Positions 29,733-38,137 of a DNA stretch of 38,704 nt are shown here, one piece after another (position 1 is the first letter of the stretch; the number at the start of each line of letters is the position of its first letter). The translations under genes and the position numbers were made by a program. Source of the DNA: Thermoplasmata archaeon (GTDB lineage: Archaea; Thermoplasmatota; Thermoplasmata; Sysuiplasmatales; Sysuiplasmataceae). The notes under the pieces were generated by a model. The model made no database searches and was not told the origin of the DNA. It saw nothing but the letters and a program-made list of their open reading frames with translations. Location: NCBI GenBank assembly GCA_021796895.1, contig JAKABN010000003.1, forward strand, positions 1 through 38,704. The letters are read 5' to 3'.

Positions 29733-30656
29733 GTGCGGATGCCGAAGCTGGATTCTTCCGTCGGGAAAGTCGAACTTGAGAATCCGTCGATACTTGCCAG
29801 CGGAATTCTCGGTGAGACTGCGGAGTCGATGATACGCGCCGTCAACAACGGTGCGGGAGGCGTGGTGACAAAATCGATAGGTGTCGAACCGAGAGATGGC
29901 TATCTCAATCCCACAATCTATTCGTTTCCAGATGGACTGCTGAATGCAATGGGTCTGCCGAACCCCGGGATGAACGAGTACAGGCATGTGATAGAGAAAC
30001 TGAAAAGCGAGCCCGGGCACATAATTATCGGAAGCATTTTCGGAAAGGACGAGAAGGAGTTTGGAATTCTCGCTGAAGCCATGTCCTCTTTGAAGGTCGA
30101 TGCGCTGGAGCTGAATCTCAGCTGCCCGCATGCAAAAGGCGTTGGCTCAGAGATTGGCAGCGATCCGGACATGGTGGAGCGAGTGGTCAGAAGTGCGAAA
30201 GAGCATTCCTCCGTACCCGTCTGGGCCAAGCTGACGCCAAATACGGATGATATTTCAGCTCTTGCGATGTCTGCCGAGAATGGCGGCGCCGATGCGATTG
30301 TCGCCATCAATACGGTGAGAGCAATGGCCATTTCTGCCAGACTGAGGATGCCGGTGCTGTCTAACAGATACGGCGGAATGTCCGGAAGGGCCGTCAAGTA
30401 CGTGGGCCTTCGCTGCGTCTACGAGATATATGAAAGCGTAGACATACCGATAGTCGGTGTGGGCGGCATATACACAGGAGAGGACGCGGCAGAATACCTG
30501 ATGGCCGGTGCCTCCGCCTTTGAAATAGGGACCGCGGTGGCGGAGAAGGGGCCGGAGATATTTTCAGCAGTGAACAGAAGCCTTCACAGTTTCATGAAGA
30601 AGGAACATTATAGCTCAATACAGGAGATGACGGGTCTTGCGCACAGGCAGACTTGA
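29733..30656 (+). CDS. pyrD: Dihydroorotate dehydrogenase family 1B catalytic subunit
   Basis: LASGILG, VVTKS, LNAMGLPNPG, ELNLSCPH, KLTPN, GGMSG and GVGGI. Confidence 0.95.
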   Translation: MRMPKLDSSVGKVELENPSILASGILGETAESMIRAVNNGAGGVVTKSIGVEPRDGYLNPTIYSFPDGLLNAMGLPNPGMNEYRHVIEKLKSEPGHIIIGSIFGKDEKEFGILAEAMSSLKVDALELNLSCPHAKGVGSEIGSDPDMVERVVRSAKEHSSVPVWAKLTPNTDDISALAMSAENGGADAIVAINTVRAMAISARLRMPVLSNRYGGMSGRAVKYVGLRCVYEIYESVDIPIVGVGGIYTGEDAAEYLMAGASAFEIGTAVAEKGPEIFSAVNRSLHSFMKKEHYSSIQEMTGLAHRQT

Positions 30657-31419
30657 GATCGTCGAAGTAGACGGCATTGCGAAGGAGTGCAGGGATGTCT
30701 ACACAATAACATACAGGAGCAGGGAAAAGGCTTCACCTGGACAGTTTGTCATGGTCTGGGCTCCGGGCATCAACGAAGTGCCCATGTCCCTGTCTTACAC
30801 CGGTGGAGTCAAGGGCTTCACATTCAGAGCGCTGGGCAGAACAACCATGGCCCTTTCAGCACTCGGAAAAGGCGAACGTATCGGGGTCAGGGGTATCTTC
30901 GGCAATGCGTTCAAAGCTGCCGGCAGAAACCTGCTTTTCATTGGCGGCGGCACAGGGATAGCGTCGATAATTTCCGCAGCAGAGCAGTTTTCTGCGGGAA
31001 GAAGGGCTGTCGCGGTGATTGGCGCAAAGAGCGGAGATGAGATATTCTTTGCCGACAGGATTAAGCGGGCAGGTGCCGAACTGATTGTTTCCACTGATGA
31101 CGGAAGCATGGGTGAGAAGGGGTTTGTAACCGATGCCGCAAGACATGCGCTGGAGAAGGATCACTTTGACACGATAATTGCATGCGGACCGGAACGCATG
31201 CTTCGCAAAGTGGCTGAACTTGCCGTGGAGTTCGGGACGCCTGCACAGATTTCCGCTGAACGGTTCATGAAGTGTGCCATAGGCATATGCGATGCCTGCT
31301 CCATGAACGGAGCGCTTGTGTGCAGGGACGGTCCCGTCTTTGATGCGAAATTTCTTCTCAAATGCGAGGATTTCGGCAGATACAGGCTCTCACCCAGCGG
31401 AACAAGGGTTCCAATCTGA
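30637..31419 (+). CDS. pyrK: Dihydroorotate dehydrogenase electron transfer subunit
   Basis: PGQFVMVW, GGGTGIA, CGPE and [2Fe-2S] motif MKCAIGICDAC...VCRDGPVF. Confidence 0.93.
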   Translation: MRTGRLEIVEVDGIAKECRDVYTITYRSREKASPGQFVMVWAPGINEVPMSLSYTGGVKGFTFRALGRTTMALSALGKGERIGVRGIFGNAFKAAGRNLLFIGGGTGIASIISAAEQFSAGRRAVAVIGAKSGDEIFFADRIKRAGAELIVSTDDGSMGEKGFVTDAARHALEKDHFDTIIACGPERMLRKVAELAVEFGTPAQISAERFMKCAIGICDACSMNGALVCRDGPVFDAKFLLKCEDFGRYRLSPSGTRVPI

Positions 31420-31497
31420 GCGTCATTCCACGGCGTCGTATTGAATTCCTATTACCGTTGAGCAAAGAATTTATCCATTGTCACACATTGAAAGTGC

Positions 31498-33192
31498 ATG
31501 GTGCTTTCCCTGAGGGAAAAGGAATCGGTATCCGCGGACAGGAATGTGATGCAGGAGACATTCAGGGAATGGAGGCGGAAATTCGAGGAAGAGGCAGGCG
31601 CAGGAAAGCAGAGAAGGGATAAATTCTACAATCTTTCGTGGATGGAAATAGATCCCCTGTACATCCCCCGGGAGGATTTTGATTACGATACGAAACTGGG
31701 GGATCCCGGCCATTATCCTTACACGAGGGGCATTCACGAGAACATGTACACAGGCAAACTGTGGACGATGAGACAGTTTGCAGGTTTCGGCAGCGCCGCC
31801 GAAACAAACAGGCGATTCAAGTATCTTCTTTCACATGGCGAAACAGGACTCAGCGTCGCCTTTGATTATCCCACACTATATGGTTACGACACGGACGATC
31901 CGCATTCAGAGGGGGAATTCGGCAAGTGCGGTGTAGCGGTTTCATCGCTCGAGGACATGCAGACGCTGTTCAGAGGCATACCGCTCGACACGGTAAGCAC
32001 TTCCATGACCATTAACGGTCCGGCATCGGTGCTTTGGGCCATGTACATAGCGACGGGTGAGGCGCAGAGAGTGCCGAAGAAGGCGCTCAGAGGCACGATT
32101 CAGAACGACGTTTTAAAGGAATACATTGCACAGAAGAGCTTCATTTTCCCACCGGAACCTTCGATGAGACTCGTGCTCGACACGTTCGAGTACGGAATGA
32201 AGGAAGTTCCACTCTGGAACACGATAAGCATAAGCGGCTACCACATAAGGGAAGCCGGTTCTACAGCCGTGCAGGAGCTTGCGTTTACCCTCGCAGACGG
32301 CTTCGAGTATGTGCGGCGAGGAGTGGAAAGGGGACTGGATCCGGACAGGTTTGTGCCGCGACTCTCTTTCTTCTTTAATGCACACAACGACTTCTTTGAG
32401 GAAATAGCGAAATACAGGGCAGCGAGGAGAATATGGGCGAGGGAGATGAAGGAGAGATTCGGACTGAAGAACGAGCGTGCCATGAAGCTCCGTTTCCACA
32501 CTCAGACTGCAGGCTGTTCGCTTACCGCCGAGCAGCCGGAGAACAACATAGTCAGGGTGGCGCTCCAGGCAATGGCCGCGGTATTCGGTGGAACGCAGTC
32601 ACTACACACGAATTCTCTCGATGAGGCGCTGGCACTTCCAACCGAAAAGGCGGTAAGAATAGCGCTGAGGACGCAGCAGATAATAGCATACGAAAGCGGT
32701 ATACCGAATGTTGCGGACCCGCTCGGCGGGTCGTATTATGTCGAGTGGCTCACCGACAGGATGGAGGAGGAGTCATATTCAGTATTTGACGATATTGAGG
32801 AATACGGAGGCGTCATACCGGCGATAGAGATGGGTTATTTCCAGAAGGCCATCACCGAGTCGTCATACAGATATCAGAGGGAGCTGGAGAAGAAGGAGAG
32901 GATTGTCGTAGGAGTCAACGAATATACCGTCAATGAGCAGCTCAGTGTTCCGATACTCAGGCTTGATCCGAAGGGTCGCGATAAGCAGGTGGAAAGGCTG
33001 AAAAAACTGAGGAGAGACAGAAACGGTCGCAGATTTGAGGATGCGATGAGCATGCTCAGAAAGACTGCTGAAGGCAGCGGCAACACGATGCCCGCGATCA
33101 TAAATGCGGTCAAGGCAAAGGCGACGCTGGGCGAGGTCACGGGCGTCCTGCGCGAAGTATTCGGGGAATACAGGGAGCAGCACGTTATCTGA
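31498..33192 (+). CDS. B12-dependent acyl-CoA mutase large subunit; isobutyryl-CoA mutase-like specificity residues
   Basis: [42 protein letters not shown] and GTQSLHTN. Alternative start ATG 31549. Confidence 0.92.
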   Translation: MVLSLREKESVSADRNVMQETFREWRRKFEEEAGAGKQRRDKFYNLSWMEIDPLYIPREDFDYDTKLGDPGHYPYTRGIHENMYTGKLWTMRQFAGFGSAAETNRRFKYLLSHGETGLSVAFDYPTLYGYDTDDPHSEGEFGKCGVAVSSLEDMQTLFRGIPLDTVSTSMTINGPASVLWAMYIATGEAQRVPKKALRGTIQNDVLKEYIAQKSFIFPPEPSMRLVLDTFEYGMKEVPLWNTISISGYHIREAGSTAVQELAFTLADGFEYVRRGVERGLDPDRFVPRLSFFFNAHNDFFEEIAKYRAARRIWAREMKERFGLKNERAMKLRFHTQTAGCSLTAEQPENNIVRVALQAMAAVFGGTQSLHTNSLDEALALPTEKAVRIALRTQQIIAYESGIPNVADPLGGSYYVEWLTDRMEEESYSVFDDIEEYGGVIPAIEMGYFQKAITESSYRYQRELEKKERIVVGVNEYTVNEQLSVPILRLDPKGRDKQVERLKKLRRDRNGRRFEDAMSMLRKTAEGSGNTMPAIINAVKAKATLGEVTGVLREVFGEYREQHVI

Positions 33193-33201
33193 GGTCTGCA
33201 A

Positions 33202-33600
33202 ATGCCCAGGAAGATACGCGTTATGATTGCAAAGCCTGGACTTGATGGCCACGACAGAGGCGCCAAGGTAGTCGCGCGTGCACTCAGGGATGCAGGCATG
33301 GAGGTCATATACACGGGACTGCACCAGACGCCCGAACAGATTGTGCAGGCCGCGCTGCAGGAGGATGTGGACGCCATAGGACTGAGCTGCCTTTCAGGGG
33401 CTCACGATGTCCTTTTTCCAAGAGTTATGGAGCTCATCAGGGAGAACGGAATGGATGTGCTCGTCACTGCCGGTGGCATCATACCCAAAGAGGACGTGGC
33501 AATGCTGAAGAAGAGCGGCATAGCGGCAGTCTTCGGACCCGGAACAGCCATAGACGATATCGTGAAATTCCACAGGGAGCACATCAGGCCCAGAAAATGA
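33202..33600 (+). CDS. Acyl-CoA mutase small (cobalamin-binding) subunit
   Basis: [10 protein letters not shown] (DxHxxG), [14 protein letters not shown] and FGPGT. Confidence 0.94.
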   Translation: MPRKIRVMIAKPGLDGHDRGAKVVARALRDAGMEVIYTGLHQTPEQIVQAALQEDVDAIGLSCLSGAHDVLFPRVMELIRENGMDVLVTAGGIIPKEDVAMLKKSGIAAVFGPGTAIDDIVKFHREHIRPRK

Positions 33601-33614
33601 GGTTGTGATTTTCT

Positions 33615-34580
33615 TTGAATTTCAGTAAACTGGCAGAAGACATAACCAGGGGCGACAGAAAGGCCGCGGCCAGGCTCATCTCTCTGGTGGAAGACGAGGA
33701 GGAGGGATATGTCGACGCCATGAAACTCCTGTACGAACGTGCGAGGGGTGTGCCCGTGCTTGGCATAACAGGCCCGCCGGGCGTGGGAAAAAGCACAATC
33801 GTGCTCGAAATAGCGAAGAGGATGAGGGCGCAGGGCATGAAACTGGGCATAGTTGCTGTCGATCCCACGAGTCCCATTACGGGCGGTGCCATACTCGGCG
33901 ACAGAATCCGGATGACCGAACTCTTTGCGGACAGGGACATCTTCATAAGGAGCATGGGAAGCAGGGGCGGAAGCGGAGGTCTATCATCGCAGGCAGGAAG
34001 TGTAGTCAGAATACTGGATGCCCTGGGGTGCGATGCAGTAATCGTCGAGACCGTGGGCGCCGGACAGACACAGGTGGACATAATGGGCATGGCGGACACA
34101 ATAGTCGTCGTAACAATGCCGAGCACGGGAGATGAGGTTCAGTCCATAAAGGCCGGCCTGCTCGAAATAGCGGATGTCTATGTCGTGAATAAATGCGATC
34201 TGACCGGTGCTATGAGGACATTGAGCGACATAAGATCAATGCTGGATCTGGTGGAAGACTGGCATGGATGGAAGCCGCCCGTTTTGCAGACAAACGCAAG
34301 GGAAGGAAAGGGTATAGACGAACTTCTGGGCAGCATACAGAAACATGAAGCTTTTGCTTCGGGTTCCGAGCATCTCGCATCCAGGAAGAAAGCGCAGCTC
34401 AGGAGAGAGCTTCAGGAACTCGTGTCAAATGAGGTCACTAGGAGGATTTTCGAAAACATCGGAACGGAGGAACTCGATGAGATACTCAACCAAATGCTTG
34501 ACAGGAGCTCCAGCCCGTACTCTGAAGCGGAGCGCATTACGGCCGATGTGGTAAGAAAAAAACGCGCGACCGCAAGATAA
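33615..34580 (+). CDS. meaB: MeaB/ArgK-family GTPase chaperone of B12 mutases
   Basis: GPPGVGKST, AVDPTSPITGGAILGDRIRM, ETVGAGQ, KAGLLEIAD and NKCD. Confidence 0.93.
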   Translation: MNFSKLAEDITRGDRKAAARLISLVEDEEEGYVDAMKLLYERARGVPVLGITGPPGVGKSTIVLEIAKRMRAQGMKLGIVAVDPTSPITGGAILGDRIRMTELFADRDIFIRSMGSRGGSGGLSSQAGSVVRILDALGCDAVIVETVGAGQTQVDIMGMADTIVVVTMPSTGDEVQSIKAGLLEIADVYVVNKCDLTGAMRTLSDIRSMLDLVEDWHGWKPPVLQTNAREGKGIDELLGSIQKHEAFASGSEHLASRKKAQLRRELQELVSNEVTRRIFENIGTEELDEILNQMLDRSSSPYSEAERITADVVRKKRATAR

Positions 34581-34615
34581 CTGTCGACGGGAACATACCG
34601 TGCCGGAGCTGTCCG

Positions 34616-34631
34616 ATAAAAGTGTTATAAG
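34616..34631 (+). promoter_or_regulatory. BRE/TATA promoter of tRNA-Cys
   Basis: ATAAAAG-TG-TTATAAG; the TATA core starts 32 nt before the tRNA. Confidence 0.6.
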
Positions 34632-34656
34632 GCTGAAGCATATCGAAGCGTGTAAC

Positions 34657-34741
34657 GCCGGGATGACAGAGCGGCCATGTGGCAGACTGCAGCATCGATT
34701 GCCGAAATCTGCAGACAGGAGTTCAAATCTCCTTCCCGGCT
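34657..34741 (+). tRNA. tRNA-Cys(GCA) with a 14-nt intron at 37/38 (34693-34706)
   Basis: Acceptor GCCGGGA/TCCCGGC, discriminator T, anticodon arm GCAGA-CT-GCA-G[intron]A-TCTGC, T arm AGGAG-TTCAAAT-CTCCT. Confidence 0.9.
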
Positions 34742-34846
34742 CTAAGCCCGCGGTTTAAGTTGCTGGCCACTGTTATCCACACATGGCGAAAGAGCCCAGG
34801 GCTTTGTACTAGAACTCAATTTACGACAAAACATGATGGATGCCCG

Positions 34847-36082
34847 ATGAGTTTGCCAGGCTGCGGAAGTCGGGCATCGAAGGACTCGATAAACGTCATT
34901 CTCGATTTCACCAGAGATATGAAGACAAGCGGTCTCAGCGTTCACAGGCAGTATTTCTATACGGTGAAACTGAGGGTGATGGCTGTGAAAATGGGAAGAG
35001 CATTTCTCAATCCGGGGAAGGAAGACATCCGCGCATTGATGGATGAACTCCAGAAAGGACAGTATACGGACAATTCAATGGGGGATTTCAAAGTCACGCT
35101 GAAACGGTTTTACAAATGGTTTCTGGGGAAGGATGAAAGCTATCCTGAATTTCTGAACGTCCTCAAGAGAGACTCCAACGGTCACCTGAGCAGGATTCAG
35201 AAGCATGAGCCCATCATTTCGAAACAGGAGCTCAGGGGAATGGTGGCTGCCTGCAATCAGTCGCGCGACCGTGCGCTGATATCGCTGCTCTATGATTCAG
35301 GCTGCAGGATATCGGAGCTGCTCACGCTTCGCATCGAGGACCTCATGTTTGACAGTTATGGCCTCGTCCTGATGGTCGCAGGAAAGACCGGCCCGCGCAG
35401 AGTGCGTGTTGTCGGCGATTCTGTTCCATATCTCAGGTCCTGGCTGGAAGTGCATCCTGCAGGAAAGAACAGAGCTGCGCACGTCTTCCAGGGAATTGAG
35501 AGAAAGGCAAGAGGCAGAATGATGAATTATCCGCAGGCCTCCAAGGTGATCAAGTCTGCTGCTGAAAGAGCCGGAATCGGGCGATCAATTCATCCCCATC
35601 TGTTCAGGCATACCAGGGCGACTCTTCTTGCAAGCACCGTTCCCGAAGCTCCGCTCGAACTGCAGATGGGATGGGTTCACGGCTCAGGGCAGACGCGGAC
35701 ATATGTGCACCTGTCCGGAGGAGACCAGGACAGGGCCATCCTGAAGAGCTATGGCATCAAGGTCTCAGAGGACAGGCCCGTGGACGAATTGCCACGCGAA
35801 TGCGCCCGATGCCATACATTCAACATTTCAGATGCAACGTATTGTAAGAACTGCTGGCTGCCATTCGATACCAGGCTTGCCATGGACATGGAAGCCAGGG
35901 AGAAGGAGATAGAGAACACAATTCAGAGCATGGCATCCGTTGATCCCCTTGCAAAGACACTACTCAGGAATGCTCCTGAGAGTGTGAAGACAGGCCTGCT
36001 CGAGAGCATGCTCTCGGAAATACTGAAAAATCCTGAATTGAAAAACAGAGTCGTGGAAGAACTCAGGACAAAGAACGCCTGA
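34847..36082 (+). CDS. Tyrosine recombinase/integrase with C-terminal zinc ribbon; start uncertain, 5' end possibly disrupted
   Basis: Catalytic set R (SGCRISE), K (GKTG), HxxR (HLFRH), W (MGW) and Y (TRTYVH), followed by CARC...CKNC. The ORF-track start at 34679 lies inside the tRNA. Confidence 0.88.
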   Translation: MSLPGCGSRASKDSINVILDFTRDMKTSGLSVHRQYFYTVKLRVMAVKMGRAFLNPGKEDIRALMDELQKGQYTDNSMGDFKVTLKRFYKWFLGKDESYPEFLNVLKRDSNGHLSRIQKHEPIISKQELRGMVAACNQSRDRALISLLYDSGCRISELLTLRIEDLMFDSYGLVLMVAGKTGPRRVRVVGDSVPYLRSWLEVHPAGKNRAAHVFQGIERKARGRMMNYPQASKVIKSAAERAGIGRSIHPHLFRHTRATLLASTVPEAPLELQMGWVHGSGQTRTYVHLSGGDQDRAILKSYGIKVSEDRPVDELPRECARCHTFNISDATYCKNCWLPFDTRLAMDMEAREKEIENTIQSMASVDPLAKTLLRNAPESVKTGLLESMLSEILKNPELKNRVVEELRTKNA

Positions 36083-36101
36083 GCCGGTTTCCCGATTCAT
36101 G

Positions 36102-36124
36102 CACGAAACTCCCCCCTTTTCGTG
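36102..36124. terminator. Hairpin between the convergent integrase and coiled-coil genes
   Basis: CACGAAA-N9-TTTCGTG followed by AT-rich tracts. Confidence 0.35.
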
Positions 36125-36237
36125 TAAAACAAGCAATCCGGAGGACTTTTATTTAAATACTAATAGCCAGAATTGGAAGCATTTCATTTTCAGTTTTTGA
36201 ATATTTAGAGATTATTATAGTTAGGTCAATGGGCAAA

Positions 36238-36510
36238 TTATCTTCTGCTCTGCTTCAGTTTCTGGACTTCGAGTTTGAGCTTTTCAACTTCCCTGACAAG
36301 ATCAACCTGCCGTGATAAAGAGTCCATCTTGGAACTCAATACTTCCTCAATACGAGACATATCGGACTTCATTTCATTTCTGACAGAAGCCATTTCATTT
36401 CTGAGCGACTCGTACTTGGCATTGAGTCCCTTCAGCTCTCCCTCCACCTTATTGAATTCGGGCAGGAAGAAGCTCTTAATCCCTTCCAGGATTGTTTTCT
36501 CTCCCGGCAT
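36238..36510 (-). CDS. 90-aa coiled-coil protein, unknown function
   Basis: MPGEKTILEGIKSFFLPEF... with heptad periodicity. Minus-strand TTTTATC about 25 nt upstream fits a leaderless start at 36510. The longer ORF-track extension looks non-coding. Confidence 0.7.
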   Translation of the reverse strand: MPGEKTILEGIKSFFLPEFNKVEGELKGLNAKYESLRNEMASVRNEMKSDMSRIEEVLSSKMDSLSRQVDLVREVEKLKLEVQKLKQSRR

Positions 36511-36910
36511 AGTCAGAGTCATACATGAGCGGGATAAAACCCTATCGGGAGAAGAGGTCAAATTCGCACTCCGGATGGCATGCGGGATTAACCCAACCTT
36601 TGATCCCGGCCGGCTTGCCATGAATTTGCTAGGGTCCTGCGGCCGGTTTTGCTCCGTAAGGCTTTCACGCTCATGACCTATGACTTTTTCAGAAGGAGTG
36701 AAAAGTGCCACATTAAAAGTTACCCGAAAGATCACCGAAATATTCACAGAAACACGCCTATTGCCACAATAGTGCGAAAATGGCAAAAATTGAAACGGCG
36801 TTTCCATATAGCGGTGAATATGCAGATCCTTGCTGAGACTTCGTGACTGGAATGGGCACAATCAGGACATGAACTTTTGTCCAGCAGGTTTATGAGTACT
36901 TTGATTGTAA

Positions 36911-37549
36911 ATGTCATTGATAGGTTATCGGATGGAGGCGCAGCAACATAGTAGGCACATGAGAGTCAAAGTAGCCGAGTTGGCGGTCACTTCAGGTATT
37001 GTAGTCACTCTGATCTCTCTCATATACTCCAACAGATGGGCGACCTTAACCATCTTCAAGCAAGGATCGGCAGGCTTGGGATATGGTTATCCATTCAGCT
37101 ACATCGTGAGTGTAAGCTATGGTCAGGCACCGTCTCTATCACTCGCAGTAACGAATAATCTTTACATAGGGCTTTTGCCCCTCATTTTAGACTTGGCAAC
37201 ATGGATATCGGTTGCGGTCATCATAACGTTCTCTGTTGCCACTGTCATGTTCAATGAGAAGGCACGCCCTAGGGTGTACTACTCCCTGCTTCTCGCGATT
37301 GCGACATTGCTTGTTACACTTGTGTTGAACTTTGGAGGGTCTATTATGCCCGAAACAGGCGCACCCCTTCCATATCTTGAATACAGTGTCAATGCTAACG
37401 TTTTGTCACTGATGACCGATCCTCCTTTTATCTACAGCGGGATAGTCATCCCGAATCTTATTTTTGACCTGTGTTTCATATATGTGCTGTTCTTCAGTTC
37501 ACTCAACTTGTTGATGGGCCGCAGGGCAGCTTTACCATCCGAAAACTAG
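36911..37549 (+). CDS. Four-TM membrane protein with an internal duplication, unknown function
   Basis: Four hydrophobic segments in two similar units (GYPFSY...LILDL; GAPLPY...LIFDL). Start may be later (ATG about 36931 or 36959). Confidence 0.7.
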   Translation: MSLIGYRMEAQQHSRHMRVKVAELAVTSGIVVTLISLIYSNRWATLTIFKQGSAGLGYGYPFSYIVSVSYGQAPSLSLAVTNNLYIGLLPLILDLATWISVAVIITFSVATVMFNEKARPRVYYSLLLAIATLLVTLVLNFGGSIMPETGAPLPYLEYSVNANVLSLMTDPPFIYSGIVIPNLIFDLCFIYVLFFSSLNLLMGRRAALPSEN

Positions 37550-38137
37550 TGCCGCTTCTATCGAGGTGGTTCTGCTTTGATGGCCCGAAAAATCTAGGTC
37601 TAGGGAATGCATACACCCCATGCTTGGTTATACACGTAGGGTCAATAACAAACGCTGAAGGAAACAGACTCAGGACGATTGTAAGGCACCCAAAAGACCC
37701 GATTGAACCAAGTATCGCACAACCTGTGCTCTCCAGCGCACAGGGTTTCGCTTCGCTTTGCATTGCAGGGCTCGTGGGCATGGGCGTCGACTGTGTCCAA
37801 GTGCTCATTCATCAGTTAAACAGCGGCGGTATGGACATGCTCAGACCGAAGTGGAAACGCCGGCCTGCTCAAATGCATACTGCCTGAAATATTGAATGTG
37901 AAGCCGGACACAGGACATTGCTTGGTATTTCGGCCAAAGAAATAGCGATCATGGTAAAATAGAGCACGCTTACTCCGGATGGAAAGATTCATTCCTGTGC
38001 CGGGATCGCTGGCCAGAAAACGTCAAAAAAAGGATTTTCAATTTATTGTACCAATTTTTATAATACACATGAAATACATAAGTGAATTTACGAAACGCCC
38101 AAAAATCATTTATATGATGAAAATCCATTAAGGAGGT

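Larger units (their letters stand above)
34742..38000. mobile_element. Putative tRNA-Cys-anchored integrated island or remnant; right boundary unknown
   Basis: Integrase directly 3' of a tRNA, followed by visibly more AT-rich DNA, lower coding density and orphan ORFs. No att repeat found by eye. Confidence 0.45.

Noticed and set aside
1279-34126. Many long antisense or alternative-frame ORFs (e.g. 16850-17926, 17698-18462, 22367-23041)
   Set aside because: Shadows of well-supported genes, expected in GC-rich coding DNA.
34810-34836. In-frame TAG/TGA as pyrrolysine or selenocysteine recoding
   Set aside because: A frameshift is also needed, TAG and TGA terminate normal genes in this window, and no recoding machinery is visible.
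34679-34846. Integrase ORF reading through tRNA-Cys, suggesting an SSV-type split integrase
   Set aside because: The translated extension is not protein-like, no matching att or second fragment is visible, and an alternative-frame N-terminus explains the region better.
37471-37887. Overlapping ORFs 37471-37887(+) and 37503-37808(-)
   Set aside because: No recognisable motifs and both overlap the membrane protein gene; probably non-coding or a decayed gene that I cannot identify.
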